From IMG/VR virus record IMGVR_UViG_3300027749_000051, positions 32,001 to 96,000 of that record: DNA of 64,000 nucleotides; one strand, written 5' to 3'. A program made the translations under genes and the position numbers. This stretch comes from a virus. Below, one piece after another: positions 9,811 through 19,126 of the stretch. How positions within the stretch are numbered: the stretch's first letter is position 1; each line of letters begins with the position of its first letter. Under the pieces are notes generated by a model. The model was not told the DNA's origin and did not search any database. It saw nothing but the letters and a program-made list of their open reading frames with translations.

Positions 9811-10138
9811 GAGTTTTCCAATTCCTGTTGTTAAACTTATTATTAAAGACTTAATAAGTGGTGACATGGCTAAAGTGGAGTTAAAGTTAACTGAACAACA
9901 ATTACGAGAAACAGAAAACAAAGTATCACTTAAGGATAGTATTATTGGATCGATGAGATTGAAGGAATTAGGGTATACTCAAATTATTGGTGATCAGAAT
10001 CAAAAATTTGGTGTTCTTGAGGATTATACTAAGAAAGTAGAATTGAATCTCAAGAAAGAAAAATTTAAGAGTAAATTTAAGTCTATATTGGGTGGAGCCG
10101 CAATTACGGCATTAACAGTTTTTTTAGTTACAAAATAA
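9725..10138 (+). CDS. exported protein with signal peptide and C-terminal TM (spanin-like partner candidate)
   Basis: MVRLIVLMSIMMLRLTAFS-Q signal; overlaps previous gene by 86 nt. Confidence 0.55.
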   Translation: MVRLIVLMSIMMLRLTAFSQTATDIQPVKSFPIPVVKLIIKDLISGDMAKVELKLTEQQLRETENKVSLKDSIIGSMRLKELGYTQIIGDQNQKFGVLEDYTKKVELNLKKEKFKSKFKSILGGAAITALTVFLVTK

Positions 10139-10383
10139 TGGCACTTACAAGTACAGAAGTAAAAGAAATCGAAGTATTGATTCGTAAAGAAATAAAAAAC
10201 TTTATGGAGGTTAGTACTATTAAACAATACGAGGACAAAATAATGGATCGTATTCATAAAGAAATGGTAAAAGGTAAATTAGAAGGTGATGTTAAAGAGA
10301 TAGCCCTAAGAATGTTCCGAGAATTCTATCAGTTTATGTGGATGAATAGAAGTTATTGGGAGCCAAGATTAAAAAACGCTTAA
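10138..10383 (+). CDS. hypothetical protein
   Basis: Start overlaps upstream stop. Confidence 0.6.
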   Translation: MALTSTEVKEIEVLIRKEIKNFMEVSTIKQYEDKIMDRIHKEMVKGKLEGDVKEIALRMFREFYQFMWMNRSYWEPRLKNA

Positions 10384-10384
10384 T

Positions 10385-11368
10385 ATGGAACAGACATCTG
10401 GCGACTTATTTAAAAAATCACTTCAAAAGGCATATACTTCTGATCCATCAATTAAATTAAATGATGCAACTCTTTTTGATGTAAACCAATATACTCAAGC
10501 AATGAAAGAAGAAAATTTGGAGGGAGGACTTGCTGATAATGAAAATTTGGAGGATATTGCTAAAAAGTATGTAACAAAGAAATCTTCTTTGGAACAAATC
10601 ATGTTTAAGTTGAAGAAACAGTTAAAAAAAGGAATTAAAAAAGAAATGGATCATACTAATAGTGTGAAAACCGCAAGAGAAATTGCTATGGATCATTTAT
10701 CGAAGATTCCAAATTATTATGATAGGTTGAAGAAAGTTGAACCAAATGAGGCGACAGGTTCAGGATCTTCTGGAGTATTTTCAGGACCAATTGCGTTTAA
10801 AGAACAAGAGAATGAATTTAGTGAGGAGTGGAGTGAAAAATATAAAAAATCTATAGACTGTTCTAATCCAAAAGGTTTTAGCCAGAGAGCTCATTGCCAA
10901 GGACGTAAGAAGAAAGAAACAAAAGAAACTACAGGTTCAGGTTCGTCTGGAGGATTCTCAGCACCTATTGGATTTAAAGATAGTGAGTTCTTAAGAAAAA
11001 GTTTTGCTGAGACACCTAATAGTCCAATTAAAGAACAAGAAGAAAAGGTTGAAGCGACAGAAGCCACAGGTTCAGGGTCAGTTGGAGGATATTCATCACC
11101 ATCAATGTGGGCGAAATCGACAAAGAAAAAAGATTGGGGACCAAGTCGTAAGACTCAATATAAAGGGGGATCTTTTGTGTCTGTTAAGAAGAAATGTTCG
11201 AAGTTTCCTTATTGTAATCAGGGGGACATTAAAGCATTAAACATAACTAAAAATGAGTCGGTACAAGAAGCGATTAAGAATGTTTCAAGAAAATTAAATT
11301 TGGGTGAGAACATTATCTCGACAATTTTAGAGAATGAGTACAAGAAATTGAATAAAAGAGGGAAATAA
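10385..11368 (+). CDS. modular putative virion internal protein with three E-(A/T)TGSGS(S/V)G repeats
   Basis: EATGSGSSGVFSGP, ETTGSGSSGGFSAP, EATGSGSVGGYSSP; DUF5661-like GIKKEMDHT..AREIAMDHL. Confidence 0.6.
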   Translation: MEQTSGDLFKKSLQKAYTSDPSIKLNDATLFDVNQYTQAMKEENLEGGLADNENLEDIAKKYVTKKSSLEQIMFKLKKQLKKGIKKEMDHTNSVKTAREIAMDHLSKIPNYYDRLKKVEPNEATGSGSSGVFSGPIAFKEQENEFSEEWSEKYKKSIDCSNPKGFSQRAHCQGRKKKETKETTGSGSSGGFSAPIGFKDSEFLRKSFAETPNSPIKEQEEKVEATEATGSGSVGGYSSPSMWAKSTKKKDWGPSRKTQYKGGSFVSVKKKCSKFPYCNQGDIKALNITKNESVQEAIKNVSRKLNLGENIISTILENEYKKLNKRGK

Positions 11369-11392
11369 AGATATTTATTATAAAAACTTAAA

Positions 11393-12994
11393 ATGGATAA
11401 TTTCAAAAAAAATATTGATAAATTAGTTTCAAGAATTCTTAACGAAGAAATTGAAAACAAAGTTAAACAAATTGCTGAAGAAATGGGTGAATGGACAGAG
11501 ATTAAAGTTGACGAAGACCTTACAGGTGGTCAAAGTAAATTAGATGTTGCTGAGCCAAAAGGTAAATTAACTGCCGCAGACTTTAAAAAATTAAGGGATT
11601 CGAAATCTTCTAAAAAAGAAGTTGATGAATTTTTCTTTGATGATGATGAAAATGAAGAAGAAGAGAATGCTGAGGAACTATCTTCACAAGAACCAACTTA
11701 TGTTGGAAAAGGTCTTGAAGGTAAAAAACCAAGAATGATTGGATCATTTGATGATGACCATGGATGGTTTGACCATAGGGACAAACAGATTCATCCTGAT
11801 GAACTTGAAGATTATGATGAAGAAAATTTTCCTGATGTTGAGTCATTACTTGCAAAACATGGTAATAGACAACCATGGTTTAGTGGTGATAATGCGAGAG
11901 AAATGTTTAGGTCGTATCAGAATAAGTTTGGAGGAAAGCCATTTAGAGTGAGAATTCCAAAATTAGATGTTGAAGAACAAGAATGTGACGAATGTGGTGG
12001 TAAGATGTATGAATCTAAAGACGAAAAGTGGATTCAAAAGACTGACATGAAGAAAGGTTCTTTACATAAAACATTAGGCGTTCCTGAAGGAGATAAAATT
12101 CCTGTTGCTAAATTAAAATCATTAAAGAAAGAATTGACCAAAAAATCTGAGGGTGATAAAAAATTGTCGGCGGCTGATTCAAAATTACTTAAACAAGTTA
12201 ATTTGGCGTTAACCCTTAAAGATATTAAAGAGAATAAGGATACATTAAAATTAACAGAAGACGAATTAATTGACATGATTGAAAAAATTGTGTTGGAACA
12301 AAAAGTTAAAGATAAGGCTGAAATTGATAATATTAGTAAAAAAGAACCTGAGGGTTTAAAAAAGACTAACAAAGTTTTAGAATTGAATAAAAAAGAAAAT
12401 GAGGATTACTCAAAAGAAGTTGTTAAAAAAATGAAGGATTATTTAAAAGACGCTACTAAGGCGGAATATGATGAGAATCCTGAAAGATTTCCTGAGAGTA
12501 ATTACACTTTAGATAAAGATTCTAAGATTGCGAAATACGACCCATCTGAAGCTGTTGATGAGTATATTGAAGCATTTGCATATCCAGGTCAAACTAATAT
12601 CGTTTTTGATGAGATAAAACCTGATGACAAGAAGATTACAAAATATTTAGAGGGTGATAGTACTACAGGCAATGCTGTGGTGGATAAAAAAGGAAAGGCG
12701 TTAGGAAATGTTGTTCCAAGTAAAGCTGGAGAAAGATTCAAAAAGAATTACGATGAAAACCTATATGGCGCAGAACAAATGAAAGCTTCTTATAAAAGAC
12801 AATCACAACCAGTTGATATTGCTGGAGGAGAAAAAATAAAAGGAAGTCTTAAAAACGCGAAAAAGAGCTCAATTGATAAGGCAAGTAGTATATTAAACCA
12901 ACTTGAATCTACAGAAGATAAAGCGTCAAAAATTATCTCTGAGGAAATGGTTAAAATGAAAGATCTTATTTCCTACAATAGAAAAACTCAATAA
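11393..12994 (+). CDS. large charged putative head/core protein
   Basis: TATTTAT motif upstream; many I/L-x-E sites; very K/E rich. Confidence 0.5.
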   Translation: MDNFKKNIDKLVSRILNEEIENKVKQIAEEMGEWTEIKVDEDLTGGQSKLDVAEPKGKLTAADFKKLRDSKSSKKEVDEFFFDDDENEEEENAEELSSQEPTYVGKGLEGKKPRMIGSFDDDHGWFDHRDKQIHPDELEDYDEENFPDVESLLAKHGNRQPWFSGDNAREMFRSYQNKFGGKPFRVRIPKLDVEEQECDECGGKMYESKDEKWIQKTDMKKGSLHKTLGVPEGDKIPVAKLKSLKKELTKKSEGDKKLSAADSKLLKQVNLALTLKDIKENKDTLKLTEDELIDMIEKIVLEQKVKDKAEIDNISKKEPEGLKKTNKVLELNKKENEDYSKEVVKKMKDYLKDATKAEYDENPERFPESNYTLDKDSKIAKYDPSEAVDEYIEAFAYPGQTNIVFDEIKPDDKKITKYLEGDSTTGNAVVDKKGKALGNVVPSKAGERFKKNYDENLYGAEQMKASYKRQSQPVDIAGGEKIKGSLKNAKKSSIDKASSILNQLESTEDKASKIISEEMVKMKDLISYNRKTQ

Positions 12995-13032
12995 AATTCA
13001 CATTTGAAATCATTTTACTATATTCTCCATAG

Positions 13033-13500
13033 ATGAACTCTATGGAGAATTTTTTTAATTGGATGATTACACCAATATCAAAAGAAGAAGTTATTTTGTG
13101 GTTTAATGCTCATAATATGTTTTATGAGAGAATTGAATTATATGGCGATATATTTAAATCATTAAATATTGTCATTATAGACACCTATATGGGTGATGAA
13201 ACAAGTGAAACCAAGATATCCTTGTCCCAAGAGGATAAAAATTCACATTTTGAATGGTGTTGGAACCGTGTAATTGATGATTTCCAAAAAGAAAATGTTA
13301 TAATTAAACTTAATGGTGAACATAGAAATTATGTTAGATCATTTTTTATGGACACATTTTATAATCAATCTGAAAAAAAATTCAAAAACTCGATTTCTAA
13401 ATTTTTAAATGATATGTTTGACATGGAAAAACCATTTAGCAAATCTGATTTAGATATTTTAACTGAGATATATAAGTTAATGGAAAAAAACATAGAGTGA
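13033..13500 (+). CDS. hypothetical protein
   Basis: ORF with normal codon use. Confidence 0.6.
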   Translation: MNSMENFFNWMITPISKEEVILWFNAHNMFYERIELYGDIFKSLNIVIIDTYMGDETSETKISLSQEDKNSHFEWCWNRVIDDFQKENVIIKLNGEHRNYVRSFFMDTFYNQSEKKFKNSISKFLNDMFDMEKPFSKSDLDILTEIYKLMEKNIE

Positions 13501-13581
13501 AAAAAGTCCTTATTCTATTTACACCAGGATAAAAAAACTTAATATTCCACTATAAACAATAAACAAAAATAAATTTAAAAA

Positions 13582-13764
13582 ATGGAAACATTAGAAAAAA
13601 TCAAAGAATTGACTGAATCGCTTTCACTTGACGCAGCAAAATTCTACAAAGGTAATAAGAGCGCTGGAACAAGAGCACGGAAAACTGCACAAGAATTAAA
13701 AGCATTACTTCAAGTGTTCAGAGGTGAGATCCTAGGAAACAAAAAGACTGAGGATAATGCATAA
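13582..13764 (+). CDS. histone H1-like protein, Hc1 family
   Basis: KGNKSAGTRARK motif typical of Hc1 family. Confidence 0.8.
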   Translation: METLEKIKELTESLSLDAAKFYKGNKSAGTRARKTAQELKALLQVFRGEILGNKKTEDNA

Positions 13765-13945
13765 TATTGGATCAATATATCTTTTTATATTTGTATTCGC
13801 AATATTAGTGGTATTGAAGAATTCCACAAAATTTATAAGCGCCCTGTTACAAAAAGAACCAAAACCTTTGGTTTATAGTAACGGGGAGCTTATAACCCTC
13901 GGGTTATCAATTAGTTATATCATAACATATCTTTTATCAAAATGA
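13757..13945 (+). CDS. small two-TM membrane protein
   Basis: Two hydrophobic helices. Confidence 0.55.
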   Translation: MHNIGSIYLFIFVFAILVVLKNSTKFISALLQKEPKPLVYSNGELITLGLSISYIITYLLSK

Positions 13946-14379
13946 GCCTATATAAAGAACTTTTACCATTTGTAGATTATATCCATTCGATCAGGAAGTT
14001 GAAAACATATCTAAGTTTCGATATGGTTTTTCCTAATAAGTGGTCAATGCCAAAAAACATAACAGAAGAAGGGCAAATAGTTGGATTTGAATCTGAAGAT
14101 CCAAATATGAAAGGAGTGTCTTTCGTTGCCGCAATAGATGAAAAAGAAGTTTCATTAATTGTCGGCAAGATTGGTAAGATAATTAAAATGAATAAAGAAC
14201 GGGAGTTAAAAGAAAAACTTTTTAAACAGACCGTTGATCAACTAAAACAAACATTCGAAAAGAATGGGTTGGATAAACTACAAAATCTTTACTTTGATTT
14301 TGAGGAAACAGAACCAGAAATAGAATTAATTAATCAAAATGAACAGGAATCAACATCTATTGAATTGGTTGACGAGTGA
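13942..14379 (+). CDS. hypothetical protein
   Basis: Overlaps upstream stop. Confidence 0.6.
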   Translation: MSLYKELLPFVDYIHSIRKLKTYLSFDMVFPNKWSMPKNITEEGQIVGFESEDPNMKGVSFVAAIDEKEVSLIVGKIGKIIKMNKERELKEKLFKQTVDQLKQTFEKNGLDKLQNLYFDFEETEPEIELINQNEQESTSIELVDE

Positions 14380-14524
14380 AAAACTAAAAGACGATAAGGA
14401 ATTAAATCGTACTAAAATTAATTATGCAAAAGATATTGTAAAATTAAAAAAAGAACAAATGTTTCCTGAAAAAAAAGAACTCACCTTATGGCAGAAAATA
14501 AAAATATTAGTATTGGGGAATTAG
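14339..14524 (+). CDS. hypothetical protein
   Basis: Short ORF in operon; start uncertain. Confidence 0.45.
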   Translation: MNRNQHLLNWLTSEKLKDDKELNRTKINYAKDIVKLKKEQMFPEKKELTLWQKIKILVLGN

Positions 14525-14718
14525 AAAAATTAGCATTAATTGCTCAATCAGTACAATCCATTTTTAGTGGTAAATCAACAATTATATTCGAACTACCTAA
14601 GGGAGAGTATGGTAGTGTTATTAATCATTTTAGAGAGGTTGATAGACATCACAAGCAATTCTCTATTGATATCTCAGGAACAGAATTTCATTTTATTTTG
14701 GTTGAGGTAGAGTCGTAA
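14488..14718 (+). CDS. hypothetical protein
   Basis: ORF in operon. Confidence 0.55.
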   Translation: MAENKNISIGELEKLALIAQSVQSIFSGKSTIIFELPKGEYGSVINHFREVDRHHKQFSIDISGTEFHFILVEVES

Positions 14719-15334
14719 ATTTCCGATACAATATCTTTTTATCTATTCCTGAAGACTCCAGTAAACTATAAAGGTATTTTCTTTGCGGAGAAGAGTAATC
14801 TTTAATAAAAAGACAATCTCCTCGTTTAATCTTAAAGAAGTATTTTGAGAGGCAATCAACAAATCTTGATGCCTCTTCTTCTGTTTTAAGGGTAAATAAA
14901 TTTAGTTTTTCTTCTTCCTGTATTAGTATTTTATTATTCAAAACAGAAACCATCTTTAATCCATCTCCCTTCAAATAAAGTCTGATTAGTTCCTGAACGG
15001 TGATTTTCTTACTCTTCTTAATATCAAATATTGTTTCTTCTTTTCTATATGGCGCTATATGACTAATGCTCATTCCGTCTTCTTCCAACTTTATTTTGAT
15101 ATTTCTACCAAAATCATCATTTATATAAACTGGCGATAGTTGAATTGATGATGTGATTATTGCGACTTCGTAACTACAAGACTTACCATTTTCAAATTCG
15201 GAATTAAAGATTACCTCTCCAGACTTTTTTATTAGGTCATCATAAAACGATTTTGCTCGTGATAGCGTAATAAACTCCTTTATTATTTTTTTCTTTTTTT
15301 TATTCTTGAATAATACGATAATGTAGTTTCCCAT
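14693..15334 (-). CDS. hypothetical protein
   Basis: 213-aa ORF, only long frame here. Confidence 0.65.
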   Translation of the reverse strand: MGNYIIVLFKNKKKKKIIKEFITLSRAKSFYDDLIKKSGEVIFNSEFENGKSCSYEVAIITSSIQLSPVYINDDFGRNIKIKLEEDGMSISHIAPYRKEETIFDIKKSKKITVQELIRLYLKGDGLKMVSVLNNKILIQEEEKLNLFTLKTEEEASRFVDCLSKYFFKIKRGDCLFIKDYSSPQRKYLYSLLESSGIDKKILYRKFTTLPQPK

Positions 15335-15336
15335 AT

Positions 15337-16260
15337 ATGAAAGATTATTATAAAATCCTAGAAGTTGAAGAGAAAGCGAGTACAGAAGAGATAAAAAAAA
15401 GTTTTAGAACGCTTTCTAAGAAATATCACCCAGATAGAAACCCTAATGGGGATGAAAAGTTTAAAGAAATTGCCGAGGCTTATGAAGTCTTAGGTAATAA
15501 AGACAAAAGACAAAAATACGATAATTCAAAGAATAATCCTTTTCAAGGGACTAACTTTGAAGACTTCTTTAGTTCAATGTTTAATGGACAAAATAATGGG
15601 CATCCACAACAAAGAAGAAATGCAGTACCTGATAAAGTAGTTAAACTTCAGATCACACCAATTGACTCATATAAAGGAGCGACGAAATCAATCCAATATA
15701 TGAAGGAAAATCATTGCCCTGTATGTAGTGGCTCTGGTGGAGAACAACAGATCTGTGGGACTTGTAATGGGGCTGGATTTCAAATTAGAACCTTAGGTAC
15801 TGGATTTATGGTACAACATGTAAGAACTGTTTGTAATGGTTGTGGGGGACAAGGATATACATTAGTTAATAGATGTTATCATTGTGATGGTAGGGGTACT
15901 AAATCAAGTGTTAACAATGTTGATATTAAACTCCCTGTTGGTAGTGATAGTGGACAGTTCCTAAAGTTAGAGAAATATGGGGATTTTAAGAATGGGGATT
16001 ATGGTAATTTAATAATTCAAATAGAATTGTTAAATAAAGATGGGTTTGAAAAGATTAATAATGATCTGGTTTATAACCTGTTCTTGGACTTGGAAGCGTT
16101 AAAACGAGATAAGTACTCGATTCCTCATCCTGATGGGGAATTAAACATTGATTCACCAAGAATTTTTGATACTTCAAAACCCTTAAGATTAAGGGGTAAA
16201 GGATTTCCAGGTGGGGATATGTATATTAAGTTGAATGTTAAGTTTGAAAGACCTATTTAA
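15337..16260 (+). CDS. dnaJ: DnaJ-type chaperone
   Basis: J domain with HPD, four CxxCxGxG repeats, C-terminal domain. Confidence 0.92.
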   Translation: MKDYYKILEVEEKASTEEIKKSFRTLSKKYHPDRNPNGDEKFKEIAEAYEVLGNKDKRQKYDNSKNNPFQGTNFEDFFSSMFNGQNNGHPQQRRNAVPDKVVKLQITPIDSYKGATKSIQYMKENHCPVCSGSGGEQQICGTCNGAGFQIRTLGTGFMVQHVRTVCNGCGGQGYTLVNRCYHCDGRGTKSSVNNVDIKLPVGSDSGQFLKLEKYGDFKNGDYGNLIIQIELLNKDGFEKINNDLVYNLFLDLEALKRDKYSIPHPDGELNIDSPRIFDTSKPLRLRGKGFPGGDMYIKLNVKFERPI

Positions 16261-16399
16261 ATAGGGAGATCAACTTTCCAAATAGTACAACTGTTCCGTA
16301 GATTGAGGACGCTAGTAGATATAGTCCTAAAATGATTCCTCCTATTTGAGTTTTTGAAGGACCTTTTTGTTTACACGATTTACATTCTTTTTCTGACAT
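16253..16399 (-). CDS. small CxxC plus TM protein
   Basis: MSEKECKSCKQ.. then hydrophobic helix; start moved to ATG 16399. Confidence 0.55.
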   Translation of the reverse strand: MSEKECKSCKQKGPSKTQIGGIILGLYLLASSIYGTVVLFGKLISLFK

Positions 16400-16444
16400 T
16401 TGTGTTTGAATTTTTAAAATAATAATGAGATATTTGTTGAAAGT

Positions 16445-16500
16445 AAACTCCACATATTTCTGTGTGGAGTTTGTTTTTATGTGAAAAAAAATTATATTTG
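16445..16500 (+). promoter_or_regulatory. Bacteroidota-type promoter overlapped by a 10-bp inverted repeat
   Basis: TTTG 16470-16473, 19 nt, TATATTTG 16493-16500; AAACTCCACA/TGTGGAGTTT arms at 16445-16454 and 16463-16472. Confidence 0.6.
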
Positions 16501-16553
16501 ATGAAGTGATTAAAATAATTAATGATAAAAAAAAATATAGAAAAAAATAAATT

Positions 16554-17396
16554 ATGGCAATGAGTTATATTGGTGGCAAGAGCCGCATTGGCCGGTGGAT
16601 AGTTCCATTCTACCCACAGGACATGGAAACATACGTTGAGACATTCGGAGGGATGTACTGGTGTTTCTTTAATATGGATTTGAGTCAATACCCGAATCTA
16701 AATAAGGTTGTTTATAATGACTTTAATCCTTTGAATTATAATCTATTCAAATGTGTTCAGAATCCATCGGAGTTACAAAGGGTATTAGATATGATACCAG
16801 TTCAACAGATGGGAGTGGAAACTACTCCAATAGAGTTTAAAGAGAAATTCAAGACTTTTCAATCAGAAGTATTTAATTCAGGGTTTACGGTAAATGTTCC
16901 TGATTATGATATTGCTGCAAAGTATGTTTATGTCCTCACACAAGTGTTTAGTGGTAGCAAGCCTGAGACATCATCGTTTATTGATTTGAAGGGGAAATAT
17001 AGGTCCAAATACCTATCATTTAGGGATAAATTGAGTAAACCTACTTGGGTAGATCACTTTCTAAAGATAACTGATGTTGAGAATATGGATTTTGCTGATG
17101 TTATTCAGAAGTATGATTCTCCATCGACTTATATCTATCTGGATCCTCCCTATTGGCGGACGGAAAACTATTATAATAACCATGATTTTGATAGACAAGA
17201 TCATGAAAGACTCGCAAATGTGTTAAATAAGATACAGGGTAAGTTCAGTTTATCTTATTATGATTTTGATTTATTACACGAGTGGTTTCCTGAAGATAGG
17301 TTTAGATGGGAGTCTAAAGAATTTGCTAAAGCGGCGGCGGCAAAAAAAGGAGTGAAACAAAATATGGGAAAAGAATTGTTAATTCTAAATTATTAG
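16554..17396 (+). CDS. second Dam-like DNA adenine methyltransferase
   Basis: SYIGGKS, ETFGG, YLDPPY. Confidence 0.88.
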   Translation: MAMSYIGGKSRIGRWIVPFYPQDMETYVETFGGMYWCFFNMDLSQYPNLNKVVYNDFNPLNYNLFKCVQNPSELQRVLDMIPVQQMGVETTPIEFKEKFKTFQSEVFNSGFTVNVPDYDIAAKYVYVLTQVFSGSKPETSSFIDLKGKYRSKYLSFRDKLSKPTWVDHFLKITDVENMDFADVIQKYDSPSTYIYLDPPYWRTENYYNNHDFDRQDHERLANVLNKIQGKFSLSYYDFDLLHEWFPEDRFRWESKEFAKAAAAKKGVKQNMGKELLILNY

Positions 17397-17439
17397 TTAT
17401 TTTTGCATCCTTAATATATTTATTATAAAATTCTTTAAC

Positions 17440-18765
17440 ATGAAATTTACACCAATACTAAGAACAATAATTACTGAACAGACAAGAGTTGAAGTACTTT
17501 ATAATGCTTTGACTGAGCCAAGAAAAGATAAGGAGGGAAAAAAATTAAAACCTTTTCTAACTAAAGATGAATTCGTTACTTTAGTTGGGGCTGATCCAGA
17601 CACTAAATTAAATGATGTGGACATTCAAAACGCAAACAAAGCAGAGTTGTCAAAAGTTAAGGCTGGAAAATATGTTCAATGGTTAATTAAAAATTATTTA
17701 AATCCTCAAACAGAAACCCAAGCAGGTGAACATGGACATAATAGAGAAGTTGCACAACTTAAAGAAAGATTTATTGAGGACTTATATAAAATAACTGACG
17801 ATCTTAAAAAATTTGAAAGATTTAAATCAAAGATTAAAGGTGAAAGAGATATTAATAAGTTAACACCTCGACAATTATATGATACGGTTAAAGACTTTGA
17901 CTTAACGGTTGCCACAACAACAAAGGCGGAAAGAAAACAAGCTCCTGTTCATCCTGGTGCAAAAATAGTTTATGATGGAAATAATTGGAGAGTAATTGAG
18001 ATTGAGGATAAGGGTAGTCTTGGAAAAGAGGCGGCATGTTTTTACGGAGGTAATAATCAAGAGACTAGATGGTGTACATCTGCACCAGGTGGGTCTCAAT
18101 TTGAAAGACATATTAATCAAGGTCCATTATATGTGGTTTTTAATCCTAATGATCCTAATGTATCGCCAACAACAGGTCTTCCAGTTCAAAGATGGCAATT
18201 CCATTTTCCTACAAACCAATTTATGGATTATCACGATCATCCAATTGACTTAGTTCAAATGTTGAATACGGATATGTCTGAATTAAAAGACGTATTTAAA
18301 CCTGAGTTTGCAAAGGGGTTAACAATTGGTGGTGGAACAAAATTTGTTGTTGATAGTTTCACTAATGGGGCAATAGGTAAATTTATTGCGTTATATGGGT
18401 TAGACGATTTAATTAGTAGTCTTCCAGAAACTTTAATAGAGTTTCAAATCACCAATAGAGATTCTAATAAAAACATTGACATTAGAATTCCTGATGATAT
18501 TTCAAGATTTAAGAATTTAGAGATGATTGGATTAGATAATGTTATTTCTAGTATACCAGATTCAATATGTAATATTAAGACATTAAAATTTATTGGGTTA
18601 ATGAATAATCAGAATCTAAAAACTGTTCCTGAATGTTTGGGAGATTTACCAAAACTTGTATTTTTAAATACCAACGGGTCTCCTAATTTTAAACTACCTA
18701 AGAAATTGGAAGAAAGAGGAAATGTTCTTGGTGATGGTTTATGGGATTTTAATGAGGAAAATTAA
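17440..18765 (+). CDS. WCT-motif phage protein with C-terminal leucine-rich repeats
   Basis: ETRWCTSA..LYVVF..WQFHF; LRR-like IPDDISRFKNL, IPDSICNIKTL, VPECLGDLPKL. Confidence 0.7.
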   Translation: MKFTPILRTIITEQTRVEVLYNALTEPRKDKEGKKLKPFLTKDEFVTLVGADPDTKLNDVDIQNANKAELSKVKAGKYVQWLIKNYLNPQTETQAGEHGHNREVAQLKERFIEDLYKITDDLKKFERFKSKIKGERDINKLTPRQLYDTVKDFDLTVATTTKAERKQAPVHPGAKIVYDGNNWRVIEIEDKGSLGKEAACFYGGNNQETRWCTSAPGGSQFERHINQGPLYVVFNPNDPNVSPTTGLPVQRWQFHFPTNQFMDYHDHPIDLVQMLNTDMSELKDVFKPEFAKGLTIGGGTKFVVDSFTNGAIGKFIALYGLDDLISSLPETLIEFQITNRDSNKNIDIRIPDDISRFKNLEMIGLDNVISSIPDSICNIKTLKFIGLMNNQNLKTVPECLGDLPKLVFLNTNGSPNFKLPKKLEERGNVLGDGLWDFNEEN

Positions 18766-18778
18766 ATCTGTTAATAAT

Positions 18779-19057
18779 ATGAGTGTTGATGTTGAAATTT
18801 ATTTAAATAACATCATTAGGTTCTTCAAACAAAATCCTCAGGATCTTTTGAATTTAGTTCCTGAAGAAAATGAACAAGAATTTTATGATAAATTACGGGA
18901 AGTTGCATTTAAGAATTACAATAAGATTGGAGAGGCAAATTTAACTCAATCTCAAATTATAAAAATTTGTGAAGAATTAATTTCAAAGAAAACAATACAA
19001 GAGGAAGTTAGAAAACTTTTTGGTAAGACGAGTTTCGGATATTATGGATTAAATTAG
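18779..19057 (+). CDS. hypothetical protein
   Basis: Probable start ATG 18779 (MSVDVEIY). Confidence 0.55.
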   Translation: MSVDVEIYLNNIIRFFKQNPQDLLNLVPEENEQEFYDKLREVAFKNYNKIGEANLTQSQIIKICEELISKKTIQEEVRKLFGKTSFGYYGLN

Positions 19058-19126
19058 ATCATATTGTTTATGATAATTAAGTGGGGGGCAATTGTCCTCC
19101 ATTTTATTTTTTACTATATTTGTTTT

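Noticed and set aside
19064-19126. ORF-track upstream starts (also 9325, 9668, 18722, 36311, 38114, 46548, 57469, 63271)
   Set aside because: The extensions run through terminators, promoter motifs or upstream genes; downstream ATGs fit better.
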